Assembly (NCBI GenBank): GCA_943372935.1
Contig: CALSAP010000015.1
Location: 1 to 64,000, forward strand
Reading direction: 5' to 3'
Length of the DNA: 64,000 nucleotides
Source of the DNA: Synechococcus sp. UW140
GTDB taxonomy: Bacteria; Cyanobacteriota; Cyanobacteriia; PCC-6307; Cyanobiaceae
The number at the start of each line of letters is the position of its first letter. The first letter of the stretch is position 1. Shown piece by piece: positions 8,554 through 16,266 of this stretch. Under the pieces are notes generated by a model. It did no database searches and was not told the DNA's origin. It saw nothing but the letters and a program-made list of their open reading frames with translations. The position numbers and the translations under genes are program-made.

Positions 8554-9786
8554 ATGCCTTCCCCCCGCCGCCGCAGTTCACACCCCCGCACCGCCTGGCT
8601 CATTGGCTGCCTGGCCGTCCTTGTGCTCACCCTTCTGGGGGCCTGGACGGAACCCGCCCAGGCCCAGGACGAGTACTGCGTGAGAACCAATGCGCTCTGG
8701 ACGACACCGTGCACAACATCTGTACGGGTGGACAGCCTGATGGACACCTATTTCTGGTCGCCCAAGAGCCAACCAGCCTCCAACATAAGCATCAGCATTG
8801 GGCCCACTCGAAATGTGAAAGTGTCAAAGATGACACTTCACGGGCCAAGCACGATGCGCCTGAATGCAACAGGCTCATTGCAACGGGAAACACTGATCGG
8901 CAGTCTTGGCAATAACACCCTGACGGGTGCCGGCGGCGGCGACACCTTCGTGATCGGCAACGAAACATCCGTCACCAGGAACCTGGCAAACTGCTCCCCC
9001 ACGAGCATCAACGACTGCGTCTACCGCATCAGCCCTGGCCAGGAAACAGATACCGTGAACATCAGTGGATTTAATGGATCTCCCGATGGGGTCGATATCG
9101 TTTACATCAACAAATGTCTTCAGCTCGTGGCCACTGGGAATCCTGGAAAGGGTGGCGACGCCATCCGTTCAGCCGTCGCTTCCCCCGGGCTCGACAACCA
9201 GGGATTCCCCCAGCAGCCCATTCCCCTCACCGAACCCATGGCGGTGAACTGCCGCATGGGGGGAACTTCCCTGATCCGTTCGTTCACCGGTCAGCTATCC
9301 GATGGCAACGCAGGCCTCTTCGAATCGCTGTGCACAAAGCTAAGGAATATCCTTCGTTTCATCCACTTCAAGCTGACCGGTCGGCTTCCCCTCTATGTCG
9401 GCACACCGCGGATCGTTCAGCCAGCCAGCTTCGGGGGGGCGGAGGGCGATCGCATCGTCATCGAAGCGGAGGGCCTCCGCTTCAATGACGCTCCCCTCAC
9501 CCCTGAGCAGACGGAGGTGTTCGTGCAGGCGCGCAACCGAGACCCCGTCGCCGAGGGCAGGGCACTGATCTACCACCAGGAGATGGGCGTGCTGGCCGCC
9601 TATGGGACCGACCGGGCTGCCTACGGAAGCGAGGCCAATCCCGGCAGCGTGATCGCCCAGCTGGTGCGGCCGGGAGGACGGGCCCTGACGATTGACGCGG
9701 GAATCAGCCCGGACGCGCTCGACTGGGTGAGCCTGGTCCCGCCCGTTCCCCCCGGAGCGGGGGAATCCCCTTCTCCGGCCGGCTGA
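8554..9786 (+). CDS. Hypothetical secreted protein with an RTX-like GGxGxD calcium-binding motif (low-GC insert)
   Basis: Signal peptide (MPSPRRRSSHPRTAWLIGCLAVLVLTLLGAWTEPAQA). One hemolysin-type nonapeptide-like motif (GNNTLTGAGGGDTFVIG). Local GC is clearly lower than its surroundings (roughly 8700-9400). It sits between tpsA-1 and tpsB-1. Confidence 0.6.
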   Translation: MPSPRRRSSHPRTAWLIGCLAVLVLTLLGAWTEPAQAQDEYCVRTNALWTTPCTTSVRVDSLMDTYFWSPKSQPASNISISIGPTRNVKVSKMTLHGPSTMRLNATGSLQRETLIGSLGNNTLTGAGGGDTFVIGNETSVTRNLANCSPTSINDCVYRISPGQETDTVNISGFNGSPDGVDIVYINKCLQLVATGNPGKGGDAIRSAVASPGLDNQGFPQQPIPLTEPMAVNCRMGGTSLIRSFTGQLSDGNAGLFESLCTKLRNILRFIHFKLTGRLPLYVGTPRIVQPASFGGAEGDRIVIEAEGLRFNDAPLTPEQTEVFVQARNRDPVAEGRALIYHQEMGVLAAYGTDRAAYGSEANPGSVIAQLVRPGGRALTIDAGISPDALDWVSLVPPVPPGAGESPSPAG

Positions 9787-9792
9787 GCGCCG

Positions 9793-11496
9793 ATGCTGCT
9801 CCTGCTGGCCCAGCTCGTTGCCCCGCCCCTGCAGCCAGGGCCGGCTCGACTGCCCGGGCCGGCCACCGAAGAGCAGCGAGACGGACCCACACGGCCGCCG
9901 CAGCCCCCACGGCTGCTGCGCCTCCCCCCCGATGAGCCGGCCCCCGGGAGCGAACCACCGCCGGGCGGTCCCCTGGAACTGCCCCCCCCAGCGGGGTCCG
10001 AGGGCCTGCTTCCTCAGGTGCATGGGCTGAATCGCTACGACGCCAAGGAGCTGCACCGGATCCTGGCTCCCTGCGGCGCCATCACCGATGCGGCGACCAG
10101 GCTGCGGGCCTGCGCCGCCGCCCTCAGCAGCCGGCTGTCGGCGGACGGCTACGTCAACAGCAGGGTGTACCCCCTGGCTGATCCCCCCCCAGGCCGGCTG
10201 GAGGTGGTGGAAGGGAGGATCGCCGAGGTGCGGATCGAAAGTGACAGCCCGCGGCTGGCCCGTCGGCTGCGCCAGCTGCTGCTGCCCCTCAGGGGCACGG
10301 TGCTGCACCTGCCCAGCCTGGAGCGCACCGTGGCCCAGCTGCAACAGCTGGGCGGCGTGGGGCAACTGGAGGTGAGCCTCAACCGGCTGGGCAGTGACTC
10401 CACCCGTGCCGTGCTGGACGTGAGCGCCGAACCGGCCCCGCAGCCGTTAAGGGGCGAGATCTCCCTGCGCAACGATGGCAACAGCGGCAGCGGTCAGTTC
10501 CGTGCCCTGGCCACCCTGGTGAAGACCGATCTGGTCCTCGATGGCGACATCCTGCTCCTGTTCGGCGAGCTCGATGGCGACCAGAATCCCGACCTGGGCT
10601 ACAGCCTCGCGTCGCTCAGCTACAGCCTGCCCCTGGGTGATCGCCTGAGCCTCACCACAGCCTTCGGGGCCAGCCGCCGCAACCTGGTCGAAGCCCTGGG
10701 ACCTTCGGAAGACCTGTCGTTCCGACAGTTCCAGTTGCTAAGCCAGCTGGAGGTGACCCTGGCCTCATCGCTCACCAGGCGCTGGTATGGCTTCGCCGCT
10801 CTGAGCCTGAACCGAACCGACTCCTACCTGGCGGGCCAAGCCCTGCCACTGGTGACCGGAGCCGGTGCCGACGGGTGGGTTGGCAACGGCTTCCTGCGGG
10901 TCGGACTGGGGGCAGAGGGCGGGGGCGAGCGACTTCAGTGGGCCGCCAGCGTCTTTGGTTTGCAGGGGATCGCCTGCTTCAGCACCGCCGAACAGCTCCA
11001 GAACCAGGCCTTTTTCGGCATCCGGCCCGGTGAGGCTCGCGCTGCGGGAGGCCAGATCTACGGCCAGTGGCGCATCGGGCCACGCTGGCAGCTGGAGCTG
11101 CGCGCCGCCTTCCAGCAGGCCTTCACGCCCCTCACCAGCCCGATGGGCCTGAGCCTCGGCAGCGACAACGGGCTTCGGGGTCTCCCGGGCCAGGTGGTGA
11201 GTGGCGACAGCGGTCTCCTGGGAGCGCTCGAACTGAGCTGGACCGCCTGGCGCAAGCACCAGGCGGAGATCCAGCTGGTGCCGTTTCTCGGAGCGGGCCA
11301 GGTCCACACCCGTTTTCCCGAGGGCAGTTTCAGCGAAAGCATCGCCGCAGGTGGCCTGCTGGTGCGCTGGCTCCAGGGCCGCCACTGGCAGATGGAACTG
11401 GGCTGGGTCTCCCAGTTCGGCGATGGGTCCCGGTCGTACTGGAACGACTGGCTCCTGGGCAGCGGTCTCTACTCCAAGCTGAGTTACCGCTTCTGA
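9793..11496 (+). CDS. TpsB transporter (ShlB/FhaC/HecB family; POTRA plus Omp85-like barrel), partner of TpsA-1
   Basis: Polypeptide-transport POTRA region, a beta-barrel with alternating hydrophobic residues and a C-terminal ...SKLSYRF ending in aromatic F. It is paralogous to the ORFs at 34746 and 41797, and all three share the N-terminus M(S)LLLLAQLVAPPLQ.GP.RLP. Confidence 0.85.
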   Translation: MLLLLAQLVAPPLQPGPARLPGPATEEQRDGPTRPPQPPRLLRLPPDEPAPGSEPPPGGPLELPPPAGSEGLLPQVHGLNRYDAKELHRILAPCGAITDAATRLRACAAALSSRLSADGYVNSRVYPLADPPPGRLEVVEGRIAEVRIESDSPRLARRLRQLLLPLRGTVLHLPSLERTVAQLQQLGGVGQLEVSLNRLGSDSTRAVLDVSAEPAPQPLRGEISLRNDGNSGSGQFRALATLVKTDLVLDGDILLLFGELDGDQNPDLGYSLASLSYSLPLGDRLSLTTAFGASRRNLVEALGPSEDLSFRQFQLLSQLEVTLASSLTRRWYGFAALSLNRTDSYLAGQALPLVTGAGADGWVGNGFLRVGLGAEGGGERLQWAASVFGLQGIACFSTAEQLQNQAFFGIRPGEARAAGGQIYGQWRIGPRWQLELRAAFQQAFTPLTSPMGLSLGSDNGLRGLPGQVVSGDSGLLGALELSWTAWRKHQAEIQLVPFLGAGQVHTRFPEGSFSESIAAGGLLVRWLQGRHWQMELGWVSQFGDGSRSYWNDWLLGSGLYSKLSYRF

Positions 11497-13452
11497 ATGG
11501 CGCGTCGCCCCATGGCCGAGTCGACACCATGGGCGCTTCAGCCCCCGTTCCTCCGGCATTCGCCCTTCCGGCTTCCCCTGCGGCCATGGCTGCCCTACGC
11601 CTTCGCCGCACTGCTGCTGGTGGCCCTGCAGCGCGGTGGCGTCACCGAAACGGTGAACCTGCTGCTCCATGACATCGCCACCCAGCTGCGGCCGGCTCCC
11701 GATGGCGCCGCCACACCGGTGCGGGTGATCGGCATCAACGAGCCCGACCTCAGAAGGCTGGGCTGGCCGATCGACGACGACCTGCTGAGCGAGGCGATCC
11801 GCCGGCTGGAGCGCGCTGGCGTGCGTGCCATCGGCCTCGATCTGTTTCGAGACATCGGCGTGGGCAACAAGCCGGGTCGGCTACGGGCCCTGGCAGCCAG
11901 TGATCCGCGGCTGGTGTCGGTGTTCAGCGCCGTGGACGGCATCGGTGTGATCCCCGGAACGCCGCCGCAGCGCCGCGCCTACAACGATGTCCTGGTGGAC
12001 CCTGATGGGGTGGTACGCCGTGATCTGGTCCATGTGCGGGGCCAGGGGCCGCACATGGTGGCCCTTCCGATGCGGCTGCTGGAGGTGGCATCGGGCGACG
12101 ATCGGCTGCGCCGCGCCCTGGAGCGGGATCCTGCCGCAGTGCCCCACCTCGGCGAGAACTCCGGCGGGTACAGCCATTTCGATCATGGCGGCGTGCAGCG
12201 GATGCTGGCGTTCCAGCGACCCGGCAGCATCCCCACCTGGTCGCTCAGCCAGCTGCTGGCGGACGAGGTGCCCGAGGCCAGCCTGCGCAACGCGATCGTG
12301 CTGATCGGCAACGCGGCCCCCTCGCTGCGGGATGGTTTCCGGGTGCCCTTCGGAAGGATCGGGCAGGGTCAGGCGCTGCGCATGCCCGGCGTGGAGGTGC
12401 ATGCCCATCGGCTGGCGGCCCTGCTGGCCCTGGAGGCAGGACGGCCGATCGGCCTGCGTGTGGCGCCGGGCTGGCTGAACAGCCTGCTGCTGGTGGCTGG
12501 AATCGGCATCGGGATCGGCCTTGGGGAAGGTGTGAGAACACTGAGTCGCAGCCAGTTGGCCGTGGCGGTCGCAGGGGGGGTGGTGGTGCTGGCCAGCGGG
12601 GTGGCCCTGGCGCAGGGGTTCTGGTTCGATGCCGCCCTGCCGCTGGCCGGACTGGGCGTGATGGCCAGCGCGGCATGGATCCGCAGGGCCGGCGAACAGC
12701 AGCGCCAACGGGAACAGCTCCTGCAGCTGCTCAGGCAGACCACCTCGCCGGCGGTGGCCCGTGAACTGTGGCGACAGCGTGATGTGCTGCTCGAGGGCGG
12801 TCGCTTCCCCGGACGCACGACGGAGGTGACGGTGCTGTTCACCGACATCGAGCGCTTCACCGGCGTCGCCGAACTGCTGGACCCCCATACCCTGCTCAAC
12901 TGGCTGAACAGGGGCATGGCCGCGATGGTCGGCCCCGTGGAGGATGAGGGGGGCCTGGTGAACAAGTTCACCGGCGACGGCCTGCTGGCGGTGTTCGGAG
13001 CGCCGTTGGGCAGGGGACCTGCCGTCGATGCCGCAGCAGCGGTACGGGCCGCCAGTGGCATCCGCCGTGCGGTGATGGCGCTCAATGCAAACCTGGCAGA
13101 AGAAGGATTGCCGGCGATGCAGCTGCGGGTGGGGGTGCACAGCGGCCGTGTCCTGACCGGCTCGGTGGGCACCCCGAACCGGTGGGAATTCGGCGTGGTC
13201 GGCGACACGGTGAACTGCGCCGCCCGCATTGAAGCCCTGGACATGGGCTCCACCATTGCGCCGTTCTGCCGGGTGCTGATCTCAGACTCCACCCGCGCTC
13301 TGGTGGGGGAAACGGTTCAGGGACGCTGGTTCTGCTGGGGCAAAAGGGCGCTGTCGGGACGTTCCTCGGCGGTGGAGATCTGGGAGCTGATGGAGGGGCC
13401 TGAACCCGAGGCGCTGGAGGCTTCGAGCGGCTCGCAACGAACGGGGAGCTGA
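11497..13452 (+). CDS. CHASE2 extracellular sensor / class III adenylate-guanylate cyclase
   Basis: N-terminal periplasmic CHASE2-like region, TM helices, then the cyclase catalytic core (VLFTDIERFTGVAE...NKFTGDGLLAVFGAP...VGVHSGRVLTGSVGT...VGDTVNCAARIE). The ATG follows immediately after the tpsB-1 stop codon (TGAATG). Confidence 0.9.
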   Translation: MARRPMAESTPWALQPPFLRHSPFRLPLRPWLPYAFAALLLVALQRGGVTETVNLLLHDIATQLRPAPDGAATPVRVIGINEPDLRRLGWPIDDDLLSEAIRRLERAGVRAIGLDLFRDIGVGNKPGRLRALAASDPRLVSVFSAVDGIGVIPGTPPQRRAYNDVLVDPDGVVRRDLVHVRGQGPHMVALPMRLLEVASGDDRLRRALERDPAAVPHLGENSGGYSHFDHGGVQRMLAFQRPGSIPTWSLSQLLADEVPEASLRNAIVLIGNAAPSLRDGFRVPFGRIGQGQALRMPGVEVHAHRLAALLALEAGRPIGLRVAPGWLNSLLLVAGIGIGIGLGEGVRTLSRSQLAVAVAGGVVVLASGVALAQGFWFDAALPLAGLGVMASAAWIRRAGEQQRQREQLLQLLRQTTSPAVARELWRQRDVLLEGGRFPGRTTEVTVLFTDIERFTGVAELLDPHTLLNWLNRGMAAMVGPVEDEGGLVNKFTGDGLLAVFGAPLGRGPAVDAAAAVRAASGIRRAVMALNANLAEEGLPAMQLRVGVHSGRVLTGSVGTPNRWEFGVVGDTVNCAARIEALDMGSTIAPFCRVLISDSTRALVGETVQGRWFCWGKRALSGRSSAVEIWELMEGPEPEALEASSGSQRTGS

Positions 13453-14036
13453 GCCGGCAGACCCTCGGCCAGGTGCTGGAGGGAGAAGGCCCCCAGCAAT
13501 GGAGCGGTGGCCACGGACGTGCCGCAGGCCCTGGCCAGAATCCTCAACTGGTCCGTCACCTGTCGATCCTCCCCCCTCGGCGCGGTCGAGGGTGTCGGCG
13601 GCTCGAGCCAGGTTCGGGCCGGTGGCGCAGTGGCGCTCTCCATGTCGGCGCCGCAGAGGGGAAAGCTCTCCCACAGCAGTCCACGGGACACGGCAGGAAT
13701 GGTCAGCAGCCTCACCCCCGTGGGCCTGGCGGCGAGAGTCCACTCACCGATGAGGCCCAGCTTCACCACCAGTGGAGTGGGGCGGGGAGCGGTGCCCTCC
13801 AACAGGGCGATGGTGCTGCCGGGACCGGGTGCGAAGCGGCCGCTGCTCGGCACGAGGTGAGCCAGACGGCGTGACTCGCAAGGGTCGCGGCTGCCACCGG
13901 ACTCCCTGTTCATGGGAAAGGATTTCGTGCGATCCTTGGCGACGGCTGCTGGGATGGACAGGCCAGCAGAGAGATTCGCCAGCAGTCCGACCGCCAGCGC
14001 CAGGTAGATCGTTCGGGAAAGAGCGGCTGAGTCCAT
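13317..14036 (-). CDS. Small secreted protein, DUF928-like paralog family member (copy 1, degenerate)
   Basis: Paralogous to the ORFs at 28435..29220 and 36997..37653 (shared RLAHLVPSS, W.S..C and a C-terminal LPVRC). The family motif FPGRRVGGGTRGEC is degraded here to FPMNRESGGSRDPCE. A 3' extension past the family's normal stop overlaps the convergent cyclase by 136 nt. Confidence 0.5.
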   Translation of the reverse strand: MDSAALSRTIYLALAVGLLANLSAGLSIPAAVAKDRTKSFPMNRESGGSRDPCESRRLAHLVPSSGRFAPGPGSTIALLEGTAPRPTPLVVKLGLIGEWTLAARPTGVRLLTIPAVSRGLLWESFPLCGADMESATAPPARTWLEPPTPSTAPRGEDRQVTDQLRILARACGTSVATAPLLGAFSLQHLAEGLPAQLPVRCEPLEASSASGSGPSISSQISTAEERPDSALLPQQNQRP

Positions 14037-14111
14037 CGCAGCCGGTGCTAGGTGAAGAGACCATTATGCAGTTCTGATAGCCTCATTGGCCCCCAGCCGG
14101 TCACGGCATGT

Positions 14112-14127
14112 AGTGATCCTGATCACA
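14112..14127. promoter_or_regulatory. CRP-like palindrome AGTGA-tcctga-TCACA in the speA / DUF928-like divergent intergenic region
   Basis: Seen directly at 14112-14127; 9 of 10 half-site matches to TGTGA-N6-TCACA. It sits about 100 bp upstream of the speA ATG and about 75 bp from the divergent DUF928-like start. Confidence 0.35.
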
Positions 14128-14227
14128 GGATCGGGCGAAGTCATCGCAGCGGTCCTCATCGCCGCCCCTCGACAAGCCTGCCAGCTTCACAGGGAGGCGT
14201 GGGCAGCATCGCTAGATTCCATCGGCA

Positions 14228-16264
14228 ATGCACGTTCACTCACCGGGAAGCATGGCGCTCGCCGATCCGCCCAGCGTCACCCTTCCCGACGCTGCATCCC
14301 CTGGGCGATCCGAACCCTGGAGCGCCGCCGACGGTGCCGCCCTCTACGGCCTCGACCGCTGGGGTGACCCCTACTTCGGCGTGGGCGCCCGGGGCAACGT
14401 GATGGTCCAGCCCCGCGGCGAACGGGGTGGCTCGCTGGATCTGGTGGAGCTGGTGCGGGAGCTGCAGGGGCGCGATCTGTCCCTGCCTCTGCTGATCCGC
14501 TTCGACGACATCCTTGAGGACCGTCTGGAGCGGCTCCACGGCGCCTTTGAGCGGGCCATCACCCAGTACGGCTACGACGGCCGCTACCAGGGGGTGTTCC
14601 CGGTGAAATGCAACCAGCAGCGCCATGTGGTGGAGCAGCTGGTGGAGAGCGGCCGCCGCTGGCACTTCGGCCTGGAAGCGGGCAGCAAGGCCGAGCTGCT
14701 GATCGCCCTGTCCCTGCTCGACGACCCCGACGCCCTGCTGATCTGCAACGGCTACAAGGACCGCCGCTACATCGAGACGGCAATCCTGGCCCGGCGCCTG
14801 GGGCGCCAGCCGGTGGTGGTGATCGAGCAGGCCGATGAGGTGGATCGCATCATCGCCGCCAGCAGCGCCCTGGGCGGGGCCCCGTTCCTCGGCATCCGCG
14901 CCAAGCTCTCGGCCCGCAGCACCGGCCGCTGGGGCAGCTCGGTGGGCGAGCGGGCCAAGTTCGGCCTCTCGATCCCCGATGTGCTCACCACGGTGGAGCG
15001 GCTGCGGGAGGCCGGCCTGCTCGACGACCTGCGCCTGCTGCACTTCCACATCGGCAGCCAGATCAACGACATCGCCGTGCTCAAGGACGCCCTGCAGGAG
15101 GCGGGCCAGATCTATGCCGAGCTCACCCGCCTGGGGGCCCCGATGGGCTTCCTCGACGTGGGCGGCGGCCTGGGCATCGACTACGACGGCAGCCGCACCG
15201 CCACCGCCGCCTCCACCAACTACTCGCTGCAGAACTACGCCAACGACGTCGTCGCCACGATCCGGGAGTGCTGCGAGCCCCACGGCATCCGGCCGCCCAC
15301 GCTGGTGAGCGAGAGCGGCCGGGCGCTGGCCAGCCACTTCAGCGTGCTGGTGTTCGACGTGCTCGGGGCCGGCGGCCACGGCGAAACGCTGCCGCCGGCC
15401 GCGGAGGGGGAGGCGCTGATCCTGCGCAACCTGCGCGACACCCACATCCTGATCATGGCGATCGCCGCCGAGGGGGGCCTCGAGGGGGACGACGCCAGCG
15501 ATCGGGCGGTGGTGGAACGGCTCCAGGAGGCCTGGAACGATGCCCTCAAGTTCAAGGAGGACGCTCTCACCGCCTTCCGGCTCGGCTACCTGAGCCTGCC
15601 GGAGCGGGCCACGGCCGAGCGCCTCACCTGGGCGAGCTGCCAGGCGATCGCCCGCCAGCTCGAAGGCCTGCCCCCAGGCGCCGTGATCCCCCAGGAGCTG
15701 CAGGCCCTGCCGGCGGCGCTGGCCGGCACGTACTACGCCAACCTCTCGGTGTTCCGCTCGGCCCCGGACACCTGGGCGATCGACCAGCTGTTCCCGGTGT
15801 TGCCGATCCATCGGCTCGATGAACGGCCCACCCGGCTCGGCAGCTTCGCCGACCTCACCTGCGATTCCGACGGCAAGATCGCCCGCTTCATCGACCGGGG
15901 CCAGGTCAAGCCCCTGCTGGAACTCCACGGCCTGCGGCCGGGCGAGCCCTACTGGATCGGGCTGTTTCTCGGCGGCGCCTACCAGGAGGTGATGGGCAAC
16001 CTGCACAACCTGTTCGGCAGCACCAACGCCGTTCACATCCGGCTGGCGGCCGGGGGCGGCTACCGGGTGGACCACGTGGTGCGGGGCAACACCAACGCCG
16101 AGGTGCTCGAGGCGATGGAGCACGACCCAGCACTGCTGCTGGAGCGGCTCCGCCTGGCCAGCGAACAGGCGATCGGCCGGGGCGACCTGGCCATCAGCGA
16201 TGCCCGCCGCCTGATGGCCCACCTGCGGGCCAGCCTGGAGCAGACCACTTACCTGGAGGCGTGA
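14228..16264 (+). CDS. speA: Biosynthetic arginine decarboxylase
   Basis: 678 aa with the characteristic SpeA N-terminus (WGDPYF...VMVQP), a PLP-fold core (FPVKCNQQRHVVEQLV...) and full length. The long antisense ORF 14240..16222 is rejected. Confidence 0.95.
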   Translation: MHVHSPGSMALADPPSVTLPDAASPGRSEPWSAADGAALYGLDRWGDPYFGVGARGNVMVQPRGERGGSLDLVELVRELQGRDLSLPLLIRFDDILEDRLERLHGAFERAITQYGYDGRYQGVFPVKCNQQRHVVEQLVESGRRWHFGLEAGSKAELLIALSLLDDPDALLICNGYKDRRYIETAILARRLGRQPVVVIEQADEVDRIIAASSALGGAPFLGIRAKLSARSTGRWGSSVGERAKFGLSIPDVLTTVERLREAGLLDDLRLLHFHIGSQINDIAVLKDALQEAGQIYAELTRLGAPMGFLDVGGGLGIDYDGSRTATAASTNYSLQNYANDVVATIRECCEPHGIRPPTLVSESGRALASHFSVLVFDVLGAGGHGETLPPAAEGEALILRNLRDTHILIMAIAAEGGLEGDDASDRAVVERLQEAWNDALKFKEDALTAFRLGYLSLPERATAERLTWASCQAIARQLEGLPPGAVIPQELQALPAALAGTYYANLSVFRSAPDTWAIDQLFPVLPIHRLDERPTRLGSFADLTCDSDGKIARFIDRGQVKPLLELHGLRPGEPYWIGLFLGGAYQEVMGNLHNLFGSTNAVHIRLAAGGGYRVDHVVRGNTNAEVLEAMEHDPALLLERLRLASEQAIGRGDLAISDARRLMAHLRASLEQTTYLEA

Positions 16265-16266
16265 CC

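Noticed and set aside
14111-14130. Possible NtcA site (GTA-N8-TAC) in the speA upstream palindrome
   Set aside because: The spacing and the right half-site do not fit GTA-N8-TAC. The sequence fits the CRP-type TGTGA-N6-TCACA better, and it is reported as such with low confidence.
3776-14227. Integrative element with its own integrase between the speA fragment and speA
   Set aside because: No tyrosine or serine recombinase ORF is present in the interval. The flanking-gene fragment is therefore reported as a duplication/recombination scar rather than as an annotated integrative element.
14240-16222. 660-aa minus-strand ORF covering speA
   Set aside because: speA on the + strand is full length and canonical. 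The antisense product is low-complexity.
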